A stretch of DNA of 64,000 bases from Candidatus Omnitrophota bacterium (GTDB lineage Bacteria > Omnitrophota > Gorgyraeia > Zapsychrales > JAKLDJ01), in contig JAKLDJ010000001.1 in the NCBI GenBank assembly GCA_022703585.1, positions 440,695 through 504,694 of the forward strand, given 5' to 3'. The notes beneath the pieces were generated by a model. That model searched no databases. It saw only the letters and a list, made by a program, of their open reading frames with translations, and was not told the DNA's origin. How positions within the stretch are numbered: position 1 is the stretch's first letter; every line of letters begins with the position of its first letter. Position numbers and translations under genes: made by a program. Below, one piece after another: positions 19,725 to 32,991 of the stretch.

Positions 19725-19962
19725 GGAACAACCCTCCGCCCTGCAACTTCAAAATTACTCTTAACCAAAAAGGCCTTATCGCCAAAAGGTCGATAAGGCC
19801 TTTGTCGTTTTATTTTAAAAGTTCTTTCGTTATAAAAAGGATATCATATGTTTTGAGGAAAACAAGGCATCCACCGCCTGAAAAAGGGAGCGCTTTCTAT
19901 CTCCTTACACGGCAAGAAACCCCCGCCAGCGGCCCGCTCGCAGGGGTTTCTATTGAATAATG

Positions 19963-20005
19963 CGCGCCCCGCCCGCCATTGGAACAATGGCGGGCGGGGC
20001 GCGCC
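19963..20005 (-). terminator. Perfect 21-bp GC-rich hairpin downstream of the glycan operon (likely terminator).
   Basis: gcgcgccccgcccgccattg-gaa-caatggcgggcggggcgcgc. Lies just past the stop of the 20029..21573 gene. Confidence 0.45.
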
Positions 20006-20028
20006 AGCACCAAGGTCATGGCTGATGC

Positions 20029-21573
20029 TTAGCGCTCCTTCCATGGAAAATAACCCATTTTCTTTTTGTGAAAAACAGCGTAAAACCCGAGCTCTTTTTC
20101 GGGCTCATAGAGGCCCCAAAACACTTCCAGCAATCCCAAGTAGGGAATAATGTCCCTCACTGCTATAAAGTCACAGACAATCCAGTCGGGCAGGTCTTTG
20201 CAAATAGCCTTCCGGACCTGGTCCAACTGCATCCCGGGAACGGGCGTAATCCCTTTGTGGAAAGAAATGACCGGAACATGTTTATAACTTTTTATCCCGG
20301 TTAAGGCGGGTAAAATCTGCATTTCAGTGATGATAAGGACAGCATCGTCTTTGGAAACCTGCCGGTTAAAAAATTCCACCAATTCGTCCAAGGCGATTCC
20401 TTCGCGCGGAATACATTTCCAGCCTTGAAGTTGTTTTGTTTTAAGAGGATAGGTATAGTCACCCGTGCGATGATCAAGCCGGGTCCAGGCCTTAAGTTCG
20501 AGGCCGCTATGAACGGATTGGGCGATCAGAAAAATCGCAAAAACCATCAACCCCGCCCGGGACAGCCGATAAATAACAGCGGCTGCTCTATTTTGAAATC
20601 CGCCCGGCTCTATGACAACCGCGGCAACGCCCCAGACAATTCCCCATAAAGCAGTATTAGCCGTCGTCACCATGTCGCCGGTAAGAACTGACAATATGCC
20701 GGCAAAAACGACTCCCAAAAAAAGGACAATTCTGCTTTTTGGGATACGGTTCTTAAAAACAAAATTGGGTAAAACTAAAATGGGGAAGATCCAATAGTAA
20801 TTTATCAGCCAGTTATGCGGACTCAGAAGACCCGGCAGCCGCTCTTGGGCCTTCGCCGAACCAAAGAGTACAATTTGGCGGAAATACTCCTGCGGCGAAC
20901 CAATCAAAACAAGGACCGCCCCCGCTGCCGCCGCAAATCCCGTGCCCAGGCCAAAAATCGAAGCCCGGCGGCAATTCCCGCTCAACAAAACCGCCGCAAA
21001 GAAAGCCGCGTACACCATTCCTAAATTCGTTTTGGTCATAAAAGAAAATGCGGCCATCGCCCCGGCGAAAAACCCCACCCGAAAAGCAACTTTGTTATTT
21101 TTAAAAGGCATGCGATTCAGCAGAACGCCGATAGCCAGAATGCTCCACACGTGCGCTGTTTGGTCATGCCAGGGATGCGATACCGGCCAGTAAAATGACG
21201 TCATGGTTAAGAGGGTACCTACCGCGGTCATAGCAAAAGGCACCGCCTTGCGCAGGAAGAGAAAGACCGTCGCGATAACCGCCGAATGACTAACGACCAG
21301 ATAGGCCAGAATAGCCGTTTTTCCGACGCCGAATATTTTTATAAACAAGGCGTGCAGATAGAAATGAATCGGCCCGGTAAAAAGGATAAAATCAACATAC
21401 GGGCGCTGGCCGCTTAAAATCCGCCATCCCCCGTCGATGGGAAAGCACATGTCGTAGAAGTTGAAACAGCGAAAGGCGTTATAGTGAAGAAAGGCGGCGT
21501 TGGCGATGAACACCGCGATGAAAAATATCCACTCCAACCGGCAGCGGGTACGCTGCCAAAGAAGATGAATCAT
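20029..21573 (-). CDS. Polytopic membrane glycosyltransferase (ArnT/PMT-like, GT39/GT83-type topology).
   Basis: About 12 predicted TM helices, 514 aa. ATG overlaps the stop of the upstream epimerase gene (ATGA). The track's TTG start 21 nt upstream is rejected. Confidence 0.55.
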   Translation of the reverse strand: MIHLLWQRTRCRLEWIFFIAVFIANAAFLHYNAFRCFNFYDMCFPIDGGWRILSGQRPYVDFILFTGPIHFYLHALFIKIFGVGKTAILAYLVVSHSAVIATVFLFLRKAVPFAMTAVGTLLTMTSFYWPVSHPWHDQTAHVWSILAIGVLLNRMPFKNNKVAFRVGFFAGAMAAFSFMTKTNLGMVYAAFFAAVLLSGNCRRASIFGLGTGFAAAAGAVLVLIGSPQEYFRQIVLFGSAKAQERLPGLLSPHNWLINYYWIFPILVLPNFVFKNRIPKSRIVLFLGVVFAGILSVLTGDMVTTANTALWGIVWGVAAVVIEPGGFQNRAAAVIYRLSRAGLMVFAIFLIAQSVHSGLELKAWTRLDHRTGDYTYPLKTKQLQGWKCIPREGIALDELVEFFNRQVSKDDAVLIITEMQILPALTGIKSYKHVPVISFHKGITPVPGMQLDQVRKAICKDLPDWIVCDFIAVRDIIPYLGLLEVFWGLYEPEKELGFYAVFHKKKMGYFPWKER

Positions 21574-22526
21574 CGGATATTTTTTTGATACCAATCCAGG
21601 GTTTTAGCGATGCCTTCATCCAGGCTGATGGTTGAATGCCACCCGAAAAGCTCTTCGGCCTTGGTTGCATCGACGCAAAGCGATGTTTTGATGGTCGGTT
21701 TGTCGGTATCGTGTTTGATGACAATATTTTTCCCGGCATGCCGGATAATCTTTTTTACGATTTCGTTAATGCTGACCGCGCAGCCGCAGCCAAGATTGAC
21801 CAATTCAAAAGGGTTTTTCTGTTTTTTCAAAACACGGTCCACAAAATCCACCAAGTCAGAGACGTAGAGTAAGTCCCTTGCCTCGTCTCCGGTGCCCCAA
21901 ACCGTTATGGCCCCTCCCTCGGCTGCCGTCATCACCTTGGCGACGGTTGCGCCAAAGACATGGGAACGTTCTAAATCATACTTGTCGTAGGGCCCGTAAA
22001 TGTTCGAGTGGCGGATAGCGGTAAATTTGGTTTGGCCCAGACGCGCATAAAACTCGCACATCTTCTCCAGGTAGACCTTGGTCCACCCTACGCCGAAATA
22101 GCTTGGCGGAACTCCTTTGTTGGCGTCAAAGTCATTTTCTTTTAACGGTTTATCGCTTGCCGGATACATGGTCGTACAGCTAAAGAAAATCACGTGCGAC
22201 ACCTTGTGTTCAAAAGCAGAGCGGTAAATCAAAGAGTTCATAACCGCGTTATCGGTGACGTGATAATAGGGTTTATACACCGTATCTTTGGCGCCCGAGG
22301 TGGTTGCCGCGGCTTGAATAATCGCGTCCATGCCGGCGACAACCTTGTCGACATTCGCGGCATCACGCAAATCCGTTTTTATTAATTTAATACCCGGATA
22401 GTCGTAGGGCTTCGAGCCGTGAAAGGTGCCGTAAACTTCAAAATCATTTTGCTTGGCAAAATATTCCGCCATATTGCGCCCGATAAAACCGGTGGCGCCG
22501 CAGATAAGCATTTTTTTCTTAGCCAT
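21570..22526 (-). CDS. NAD-dependent sugar epimerase/dehydratase (SDR family, GDP-fucose synthase/reductase-like).
   Basis: GATGFIGRN Rossmann motif, catalytic YxxxK (YGPYDKYD...). AAAGGGGA RBS. Confidence 0.85.
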   Translation of the reverse strand: MAKKKMLICGATGFIGRNMAEYFAKQNDFEVYGTFHGSKPYDYPGIKLIKTDLRDAANVDKVVAGMDAIIQAAATTSGAKDTVYKPYYHVTDNAVMNSLIYRSAFEHKVSHVIFFSCTTMYPASDKPLKENDFDANKGVPPSYFGVGWTKVYLEKMCEFYARLGQTKFTAIRHSNIYGPYDKYDLERSHVFGATVAKVMTAAEGGAITVWGTGDEARDLLYVSDLVDFVDRVLKKQKNPFELVNLGCGCAVSINEIVKKIIRHAGKNIVIKHDTDKPTIKTSLCVDATKAEELFGWHSTISLDEGIAKTLDWYQKNIR

Positions 22527-22536
22527 CGCGTCCCCT

Positions 22537-23490
22537 TTATTTTTTTATTGCATTTTGATACCACTGAATCGTCTTGCGGACGCCTTCCGCCAACGAGGTT
22601 CTCTTTCGCTTTCCAAAAAGCGATTCGAATTTTCTCATGCTGACCATACGATAACCGGCTGCCGCCGGTTGGCGGCAGTCATACACGACCTTCGGGTAAT
22701 GGCCGCATTCTTTAAGCACAACTTTGACCGCCTCCCCTATGCGCGTCGCCTTTCCGTAGGCGACATTAAGAGGCCCGTTATCGATGTCTCGTCGGGCAAT
22801 GTCTAAAAGATCACCTACAAAATCTTCAACATAAAGAAAATCCCGTATGACACCCGGCCTTCCCCAGACGACAAAAGGATTTTCTTTGGCTAGCGCCCTT
22901 TTGATCAGCGCCGGAAGAACATGCGAGCGTTTTTCTTCAAAATGGTCAAAGGGCCCGTACAAATTGGTTGGCCGAACAATGGCAATGCTCATGCCGAATC
23001 GTTCAGAATACATGTCAGCCAGCTGTTCGACATAGCGGTTGAACCCGCCCACGGCAAGGTAGCACCTGGGGGGTTGCTTTTTGAGGTCCAGCTCGTCTTC
23101 GCGGACCGGGTGGTCCGTTTGATGATAAACCGTAGAACTGCTGATCAGAATCACCTTTTTTACTTTATTTTTCCGGCAGGCGTCCAGAAGGCCGTATTGA
23201 ATTTTAAGGTTGGTGACGGTTTCATTTAAAGGGTTTTGCTGATTGCTTTGAATTCCGCCGGTAACCGCGGCGCAAAGAAAAACCAGCTCTTTGCCGCGTG
23301 TGGCGGTCAGGCAATCTTCCCGGCGGGTAAAATCAAATCTCCGGTAACAAGGCTTTAAAATACGTGGTTTGCGCGAGTAAAACGAGGCGAGAATTTTTGC
23401 TTTTTTTGCGGCAAGGGCGATGACAAGGTGAGTGCCAACCAGGCCGCTGCCGCCAGCAACAAGAATTTTTTTTCCGGCAAAAGGATTCAT
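22537..23490 (-). CDS. NAD-dependent sugar epimerase/dehydratase paralog. Start uncertain.
   Basis: VAGGSGLVGTHL Rossmann motif, YGPFDHF. Start placed at the internal ATG to avoid a 70-nt overlap with the upstream gene. Confidence 0.75.
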   Translation of the reverse strand: MNPFAGKKILVAGGSGLVGTHLVIALAAKKAKILASFYSRKPRILKPCYRRFDFTRREDCLTATRGKELVFLCAAVTGGIQSNQQNPLNETVTNLKIQYGLLDACRKNKVKKVILISSSTVYHQTDHPVREDELDLKKQPPRCYLAVGGFNRYVEQLADMYSERFGMSIAIVRPTNLYGPFDHFEEKRSHVLPALIKRALAKENPFVVWGRPGVIRDFLYVEDFVGDLLDIARRDIDNGPLNVAYGKATRIGEAVKVVLKECGHYPKVVYDCRQPAAAGYRMVSMRKFESLFGKRKRTSLAEGVRKTIQWYQNAIKK

Positions 23491-23537
23491 GCGTTTTTTA
23501 AAATGTGTGCCGGCAGACGATAAAACTTTTACGCGCT

Positions 23538-24548
23538 CTAAACGAATTGTTTTTCGTTGAAGACGTTGTAGCGCTTCGCGGTCGCATGCCGGTTGCTTTG
23601 GTACCACTCCATAGTTTCCCGGATGCCGTCTTTAAGCGATGTCTGGGGTTTAAAGCCCAGTGCCTTGGCGCGCGTGGTATCGGCCAGCCGTTTTTTATCA
23701 CCCGCCGGTTTGGATGTGTCCCAGACGACTTTGGGTTTTATATTCATGTGGCTGACGATGATATCCACCAGTTCTTTGATGCTGACTCCCACGCCGCAGC
23801 CGAGATTAACAGGCTGGGGGCAATTTTTTTCAAAAACAATCACCATCCCCCGGGCCACATCCCGGGCGTGGATAAAATCCCTGACCGGCGAGCCGTCCCC
23901 CCAGACAACAAAAGGATTTTCACCTTCTACGGCACGGCGGATAAGAGAAGGAACAACCATGGCATTTTGAGGGTCAAAATTGTCAAAAGGTCCGTAGACA
24001 TTGGTGGGGCGGACGATGGCGATTTTATCCCAGCCGTATTCTATTTTGTAGGCCTCGGCCTGCAACTCTCCCATCCTTTTGGCCCATCCGGCAAACTTGT
24101 CATACTCGGACGGGAATGTCTTCCAGACATCGTCTTCATAAAAAACCTCCGCCGGAGAATACACGCCCACGGAACTCGTATACAGATAACGGGAGACCCT
24201 GCATTGGCGGGCCGCCTCCATCACGTTGGTATTAAAGGTCACGGTGGGGACAAAAAAACTGGCCGGTTTTTTGGCCGTCATCATCGGGGAGCCTTTGATG
24301 CCGGCAAGATGAAAAACATAATCCATGCCGTCACAGGCCTTCAGGCAGTTATCCAGCGACATCAAATTGACGCGGCAGAATTCAGCGTCGGGGTGGGCGC
24401 GAGAGGCATCATCTAAAGAGGCAATCCTCACCTTCGCCCCTTTTTCGATCAGCATCTCGACTAAAAAACGGCCGATCATCCCCGTCCCGCCAGTGACCAA
24501 GATTTTTTTATCTTTAAATATTGGATTGGTGGGATGGCTTGGGGGCAT
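23538..24548 (-). CDS. NAD-dependent sugar epimerase/dehydratase paralog.
   Basis: VTGGTGMIGRFL, YGPFDNF. AGGAAG RBS before the internal ATG (MPPSHP...). Confidence 0.8.
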   Translation of the reverse strand: MPPSHPTNPIFKDKKILVTGGTGMIGRFLVEMLIEKGAKVRIASLDDASRAHPDAEFCRVNLMSLDNCLKACDGMDYVFHLAGIKGSPMMTAKKPASFFVPTVTFNTNVMEAARQCRVSRYLYTSSVGVYSPAEVFYEDDVWKTFPSEYDKFAGWAKRMGELQAEAYKIEYGWDKIAIVRPTNVYGPFDNFDPQNAMVVPSLIRRAVEGENPFVVWGDGSPVRDFIHARDVARGMVIVFEKNCPQPVNLGCGVGVSIKELVDIIVSHMNIKPKVVWDTSKPAGDKKRLADTTRAKALGFKPQTSLKDGIRETMEWYQSNRHATAKRYNVFNEKQFV

Positions 24549-24783
24549 TGATCCCGCTTCCTGTTTTGGAAAAGAAAAATTAACGACCCCAACGGGTCTG
24601 CTACGCACCAATACTTTCGTGTTGGCGCTTCGCAGGACCTCGCCGGGAGTTTCTTCGAAGCGGCCACGCGATTCTACTTCGCTAAATTGTTTTTACGTTT
24701 AGCTTCGTAGGAATCGGTCCTTCGAAGCTCTAACGTGGAAACATTAGAGCGAAGAAGACCGAAAGCATGGCCGCGAAGGAGAA

Positions 24784-24857
24784 CGACCCCAACGGGATTT
24801 GAACCCGTGCTGCGAGCTTGAAAAGCTCGAGTCCTAACCAGGCTAGACGATGGGGTC
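24784..24857 (-). tRNA. tRNA-Glu (anticodon UUC).
   Basis: Reverse complement GACCCCATCGTCTAGCCTGGTTAGGACTCGAGCTTTTCAAGCTCGCAGCACGGGTTCAAATCCCGTTGGGGTCG folds as a cloverleaf. Perfect 7-bp acceptor stem, anticodon loop TTTTCAA, T-loop TTCAAAT. Coordinates ±2. Confidence 0.85.
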
Positions 24858-24971
24858 AAAATTTTTCGAAGAAAAATTTTGACCCAGAGCCCCGATGTTT
24901 TACCGGGGCGAAGGGTCTTTATTTTGTTCGGCTATTATAATAAAGAACTATTTTCCGTCAAGAAAAACCTT

Positions 24972-27425
24972 TTACTCATCCTTCGCCGCAATGTTAGCGA
25001 CCGAGCTTACCGTATCTTTGGCGTCAAGTTTAATCAACCGCACGCCCATGGTGTTGCGCCCCGACTGGCGGATGTCCTTAACTGGACAGCGCACCATCAT
25101 GCCCTGCTTTGTAACTGCCATGATTTCGTCCTCGTCGGTCACCGAAACAACACCCACGACGATACCGGTTTTAGCTCCTACCTTCACATTGATGATTCCC
25201 TTGCCGCCGCGGGACTGTTTGCGGTATTCGTCAAACGCCGAGCGCTTAGCAAAACCTAAAGAAGTTACCGTTAAAATGGTGCTTCCGGTTTTGTCCACAT
25301 CCGGCGGAAAAACTTGCAGGCTCACCACAACATCACCTTTCCCGAGCCTGACTCCCCTCACGCCTTTGGCGCCGCGTCCCATATCGCGAATTTGCTTGGC
25401 CTCGAAACGTACCGCCTTGCCGTCTTTGGTAGCTAAAAGAATTTCGTCTTTGTCGTCGCCGATAGCGGTGCCAATAAGATAATCGCTTTTATCGAGCGTG
25501 ATCCCGACAATACCGCCTTTTCTGGGATTACTAAACGCTGAGAGCTTGGTCTTCTTTATGTTGCCCTGGGCGGTCGCCATCACCAGCGACTGCGCATCGC
25601 TAAATTCTTTGACTGCCACGATGGCACTAATAGCCTCGTCACTGGCCATAGACAGCAAGTTAACAATGGCCTTGCCCTTGGCCGTGCGTGAGGCGATAGG
25701 AATTTCATAAACCTTCAGCCAGCGCACCGTGCCCTTGCTGGAAAAAACCAATAAATAATCTTTTGAGGAGGCGATGAAAAGATTTTTGACAAAATCTTCT
25801 TCCTTGGTCTCCATTGCGGTCACGCCCTTGCCGCCGCGTTTTTGCTTGCGGTAGACATCAACGCCAAGCCGCTTGATATAGCCGGTATTGCTGATCGTGA
25901 TCGCCATGTCTTCTTCGGCAATCAAGTCTTCAATTTCGATCTCTTCGGCCTTGCCCGCGATTTCGGTGCGCCGTTCATCGCCAAAACGCTTTTTAACTTC
26001 AAGAAGCTCGTTTTTAATGATCTCGTCTATCTTTTTTTCAGATGCAAGAATGGCGCGGAACATGTCGATGTCTTTAAGCAGCTGTTTATATTCGGCTTCG
26101 ATCTTGTCTTGCTCGAGAGCGGTCAGGCGCTGTAATTGCATTTCCAGAATCGCCTGCGCCTGGATTTCGGAAAGCTTAAATTCCTTCATTAAAGCAATCT
26201 TGGCTTCAGCCGTGCTCTTGGATGATTTGATGACCTTGATAATCTGATTGATAAATTTAATCGCGATCCGCAAGCCCTCAAGGATATGCGCCCGTTTTAA
26301 GGCCTTGTCCAGGTCAAATTGGGTGCGCCGTCGGACAATTACCCGACGGTGGTCGATATAATAGGCCATCAATTGCTTCAAATTCAAAACCTGCGGCCGG
26401 CCGTTGACCAAGGCGAGATTAATAATACCGAATGTGGTTTCAAGCTGAGTGTGCTTATAAAGATAATTTAAAATAACCTGCGGCTCAACATCCCGCCGCA
26501 GCTCGATCACGACCCGGATACCGTCTTTGTCGGATTCGTCCCGTATGTCGGTGATACCTTCAACGCTTTTTTCCTGGACGAGATCGGCGATGGTTTCAAT
26601 CAAGTTGGCCTTATTAACCTGGTAAGGAATTTCGGTTACGATAATCGTGTCTTTGTTCCCTTTTTGCCGTTCAATGGAGGCCTTGGCGCGCAGCGTGATC
26701 TTCCCACGGCCGTTGGTGTAGGCGTCGGTGATCCCCTCGCGGCCGCAAATGATCCCTCCCGTTGGAAAATCCGGACCCTTAACATATTTTGTCAAATCCT
26801 TGATCGTAACTTCCGGGTCGTCGAGCAGGTGCACAACGCCTTCGACCACCTCGGTTAAATTGTGCGGCGCCATATTGGTGGCCATGCCTACCGCGATACC
26901 GCTGGAACCATTAACCAGCAAATTGGGGATAGCCGACGGCAAGATCAGGGGTTCTTTTAAGGTCGCGTCAAAATTAGGCCCAAAGTCCACGGTTTCTTTT
27001 TCGATATCGGCCATCATCTCGCCGGCAATCGAAGCCATGCGCGCTTCCGTATAGCGCATGGCCGCCGCGGAATCTCCGTCGACGGAACCGAAGTTTCCCT
27101 GCCCGTCAACCAACGGATAGCGCAAAGAAAATTCCTGCACCATCCTGACCATGGTATCGTAAACGGCCATATCACCGTGAGGATGGTACTTACCTAAAAC
27201 CTCTCCAACGATGCGCGCGCTTTTCTTATAGGGCTTGCTGTGTTCGAGCGAAAGATCCTGCATCGCGTAGAGAATGCGCCGATGGACCGGCTTTAAACCG
27301 TCCCTGACATCCGGCAGCGCGCGGCTGACAATAACGCTCATGGAATACGAGAGGTAAGATTTTTTCATCTCCTCTTCGATGTTAACGGGAATAATACGTT
27401 CTTTGGTGGTAAAGTCTTTTGACAT
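24972..27425 (-). CDS. gyrA: DNA gyrase subunit A.
   Basis: [24 protein letters not shown], active-site Tyr region [11 protein letters not shown]-terminal beta-pinwheel repeats. AGGAGAG RBS. Confidence 0.97.
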   Translation of the reverse strand: MSKDFTTKERIIPVNIEEEMKKSYLSYSMSVIVSRALPDVRDGLKPVHRRILYAMQDLSLEHSKPYKKSARIVGEVLGKYHPHGDMAVYDTMVRMVQEFSLRYPLVDGQGNFGSVDGDSAAAMRYTEARMASIAGEMMADIEKETVDFGPNFDATLKEPLILPSAIPNLLVNGSSGIAVGMATNMAPHNLTEVVEGVVHLLDDPEVTIKDLTKYVKGPDFPTGGIICGREGITDAYTNGRGKITLRAKASIERQKGNKDTIIVTEIPYQVNKANLIETIADLVQEKSVEGITDIRDESDKDGIRVVIELRRDVEPQVILNYLYKHTQLETTFGIINLALVNGRPQVLNLKQLMAYYIDHRRVIVRRRTQFDLDKALKRAHILEGLRIAIKFINQIIKVIKSSKSTAEAKIALMKEFKLSEIQAQAILEMQLQRLTALEQDKIEAEYKQLLKDIDMFRAILASEKKIDEIIKNELLEVKKRFGDERRTEIAGKAEEIEIEDLIAEEDMAITISNTGYIKRLGVDVYRKQKRGGKGVTAMETKEEDFVKNLFIASSKDYLLVFSSKGTVRWLKVYEIPIASRTAKGKAIVNLLSMASDEAISAIVAVKEFSDAQSLVMATAQGNIKKTKLSAFSNPRKGGIVGITLDKSDYLIGTAIGDDKDEILLATKDGKAVRFEAKQIRDMGRGAKGVRGVRLGKGDVVVSLQVFPPDVDKTGSTILTVTSLGFAKRSAFDEYRKQSRGGKGIINVKVGAKTGIVVGVVSVTDEDEIMAVTKQGMMVRCPVKDIRQSGRNTMGVRLIKLDAKDTVSSVANIAAKDE

Positions 27426-27435
27426 TGATTATCTC

Positions 27436-27508
27436 TCCTATAGGTCGTCAGCTTTCAGCCTTCAGCTATCAGCCGCTTTCAGCTGAAAGCCGAAGACTGA
27501 TGGCTGAA
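27436..27508. repeat. REP-like intergenic palindromic element (copy 1) in the gyrB-gyrA spacer.
   Basis: cgtcagctttcagccttcagctatcagccgctttcagctgaaagccgaagactgatggctgaaagc. Inverted arrays of (N)TCAGC(C) heptamers forming a long hairpin. Confidence 0.5.
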
Positions 27509-27510
27509 AG

Positions 27511-30338
<2,828 letters not shown>

Positions 30339-30418
30339 TCCAGACTCTCCGGGTTTTTAAGTTTTATTTTTTAGCACAAATCCCGGCCGGGCGCAATATT
30401 CCTTTTGTCAAACATTTG

Positions 30419-31516
30419 TCAAACATTTTGTAGGCGCATCGGTAAAGCCAAATACAGATAATCTTCCAGGCGCATGACCCCGGGTTTATCCGACCCTGAG
30501 AGTTCCCACTCGACATGCTCGGCATTGACGTTTTTTAGGACATCGATGAGAAACTGCGGGTTAAAACCAACGATAAGTTCCGGCCCGCCGTATTCGATCG
30601 CCACCTCTTCTCTTGATTCTCCGACATCAGGTGTTGTTTTGGAAACAATAAGCTTTTCTTTAAAAACCTCGAATTTGATCGCCTGAAAGTCCGGCGTTGT
30701 CAACAAATTGGCGCGCCGGATAGCTGAAAGCAAGTCCTGGGTGTTGATTTTGATTTTTGCGGCGACTGGTTCGGGAATAACCTGGCTATAATTAGGGAAT
30801 TCGCCTTCGATAATGCGGGTAGCAATTAAAATCCCTCCGATATCAAAAAGCGCCTGGTTGGCGCTTGCCACAAAGGAAAGCATCCCTTCTTCCTTTAAAT
30901 TACGGTTAATTTCGTGAATCGCTTTTATGGGGATAATGACGCTGATTTCTTTTTTGGTCGGATTGGGGAGTTTTTTCTCGATTTTCGCTAAGCGGCGCCC
31001 GTCCGTTGCCACGATCCGGATAACCTTGCTGTCAATTTCCAACAAAACCCCGTTTAAAACATACCGCGACTCCTCATGAGAAACCGCGAAAGATGTCAGA
31101 CGCAACATTTCTTTTAAAACGTTTTGCTCGATCTGCACGACTTCGGTGTCGTTAAATTCAGGGAATTTCGGAAACTCCTCTTTAGGCAAACCGCTTAATT
31201 TAAACCGGATCTTGTCCCCTTCGATTTCTATTTGATTATTTTTCTTAGTAACAATTGTAATATCCCCCGGGGGTAACTCTCTGATGATGTCGCTAAACTT
31301 TTTTGCCGGAATAGTTATCGCGCCTTCTTCAAGGATGCTCACAGGAACTTCACAGGATATTCCAATGTCCAAATCAGTCGCATTGAGTTTAATTGTGTCT
31401 TTTTTTGTTTCGATTAATAGATTGGACAAAATCGGAAGCGTGGATTTTGGATTAACGATGTTTTGGACAATTTGTATGCCCAGCAAGATGTTTTCCTTTG
31501 TTGTTTTAATCTTCAT
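30419..31516 (-). CDS. dnaN: DNA polymerase III beta sliding clamp.
   Basis: 365 aa, three-domain clamp. GGAGG RBS. Confidence 0.95.
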   Translation of the reverse strand: MKIKTTKENILLGIQIVQNIVNPKSTLPILSNLLIETKKDTIKLNATDLDIGISCEVPVSILEEGAITIPAKKFSDIIRELPPGDITIVTKKNNQIEIEGDKIRFKLSGLPKEEFPKFPEFNDTEVVQIEQNVLKEMLRLTSFAVSHEESRYVLNGVLLEIDSKVIRIVATDGRRLAKIEKKLPNPTKKEISVIIPIKAIHEINRNLKEEGMLSFVASANQALFDIGGILIATRIIEGEFPNYSQVIPEPVAAKIKINTQDLLSAIRRANLLTTPDFQAIKFEVFKEKLIVSKTTPDVGESREEVAIEYGGPELIVGFNPQFLIDVLKNVNAEHVEWELSGSDKPGVMRLEDYLYLALPMRLQNV

Positions 31517-31574
31517 TCAATCCTCCAAGTACTGTAATAATTATAATTAAAATAGCAGTAATCGTAGCAGGTTT

Positions 31575-31583
31575 TGTGGATAA
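31575..31583. promoter_or_regulatory. Perfect consensus DnaA box (TGTGGATAA) in the dnaA-dnaN intergenic region.
   Basis: gttttgtggataagttgaac read directly. Coordinates ±2. Confidence 0.5.
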
Positions 31584-31662
31584 GTTGAACACACCCAAAA
31601 CCCAAAACCCTTCAACACTTTACCGCAAAAAATCTTGTGAATTCACGGTGCATAAAACTGTG

Positions 31663-32991
31663 CTACTGTTTAATGTCAGTGGTTAACTTTTCAATAGCGT
31701 TTTTTAAACTATTGTCGGTTTTTATCTCCGCGTTAATCTTTTTCCAGGAATGCAAAACTGTTGTATGGTCTTTACCCCCAAAAGCACTCCCGATTTCCGG
31801 CAAAGAAAGATTGGTCAGCTGCCGCGTTAAATACATAGCCACCTGGCGCGGTAAAACGATGTTTTTATTACGTTTTCCGGTCTTAATATCCGCTAAGGAT
31901 ATATCAAAGAAGTTAGCCACTGCCTTCTGTATCATATCCGCGCTAACAGTTTTGATGCTTTCCTTAACCATATCCTTTAGAATAACTTGCGCCATTTCAA
32001 GCGAAACCGGCTTCTCTTCCAATAATGAATAGGCGGCGACTCGGATCAGAGCCCCCTCCAGCTCGCGGATGTTCGTCTTGATTTCCTGGGCAATAAACAA
32101 AATAACATCATCAGGAACCGGAACCGGCTCGCGCTCGATTTTTTTCCTTAATATAGCCACCCTGGTTTCAAAATCCGGCGGCTGGATATCTGCGACCAAA
32201 CCCCAGGTAAAACGCGAAACCAGGCGTTCCTCCAGATTGGGTATCTCTTTGGGCGGGCGGTCCGAAGAAACGATAATTTGCTTGCGATCATTGTGCAGCG
32301 CGTTAAAGGTATGAAAAAATTCCTCCTGGGTCGACTCCTTGCCGGCAATAAACTGAATGTCGTCAATCAAAATAACGTCGATGGTCCGGTATTTCTGGCG
32401 AAACTGCTGGCCGGAGCGATGGCGGATAGCATCAATCAATTCATTGGTGAATCGTTCAGAGGTGATGTAGGCATGCTTTAACTTGGGATTGGTCGCATGA
32501 ATTTTTTGCGCGATACTTTGCATCAAATGTGTTTTGCCCAATCCCACCCCTCCGTAAACAAAAAGAGGATTGTAGGCCTTGGCCGGGGATTCGGCCACGG
32601 CCAAAGATGCCGCATGCGCGAAACGGTTGGAAGCGCCCACCACAAAATTATCAAAAGTAAAACGCGGGTTTAAATTCGAAACATGATTTTCGGAAGACTG
32701 AAAGTTTTTTTCCAGCTGCGCCAATCGAACCTGGGTCCCCTGTTTTAAAATTTGGGCGTTTACCTGAAACTCAATCGCGACGGGTTTGGTGCTGACATTT
32801 AAGACCGAATCGGTGATGAGGTCCAGATAATGCTCGATGACCCAGTTTTTAAAAAAGTCATCAGGCGTTTGGATGATCAGCGTCTCGGGGGTTTTCTCTT
32901 CGGCCCGTAAAGGCGAGAACCAGGTTTCGTAGGCCGTTGAACCGATGCGTTCTTTGATGGGCCCTTGAATTTTTTCCCAAATGGCGGACAT
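31663..32991 (-). CDS. dnaA: Chromosomal replication initiator protein DnaA.
   Basis: Walker A GGVGLGKTHL, sensor motifs, C-terminal DNA-binding helix-turn-helix (VAMYLTRQLT). Confidence 0.97.
   Translation of the reverse strand: MSAIWEKIQGPIKERIGSTAYETWFSPLRAEEKTPETLIIQTPDDFFKNWVIEHYLDLITDSVLNVSTKPVAIEFQVNAQILKQGTQVRLAQLEKNFQSSENHVSNLNPRFTFDNFVVGASNRFAHAASLAVAESPAKAYNPLFVYGGVGLGKTHLMQSIAQKIHATNPKLKHAYITSERFTNELIDAIRHRSGQQFRQKYRTIDVILIDDIQFIAGKESTQEEFFHTFNALHNDRKQIIVSSDRPPKEIPNLEERLVSRFTWGLVADIQPPDFETRVAILRKKIEREPVPVPDDVILFIAQEIKTNIRELEGALIRVAAYSLLEEKPVSLEMAQVILKDMVKESIKTVSADMIQKAVANFFDISLADIKTGKRNKNIVLPRQVAMYLTRQLTNLSLPEIGSAFGGKDHTTVLHSWKKINAEIKTDNSLKNAIEKLTTDIKQ

Noticed and set aside
23505-24416. 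303-aa + strand ORF
   Set aside because: Lies entirely antisense to a well-supported SDR epimerase gene. Low-complexity R/G-rich translation typical of a GC-rich antisense frame.
24590-24783. Second tRNA or ncRNA in the ttcgaag-rich region next to tRNA-Glu
   Set aside because: Only short imperfect palindromes built from cttcg/cgaag motifs. No cloverleaf could be drawn.
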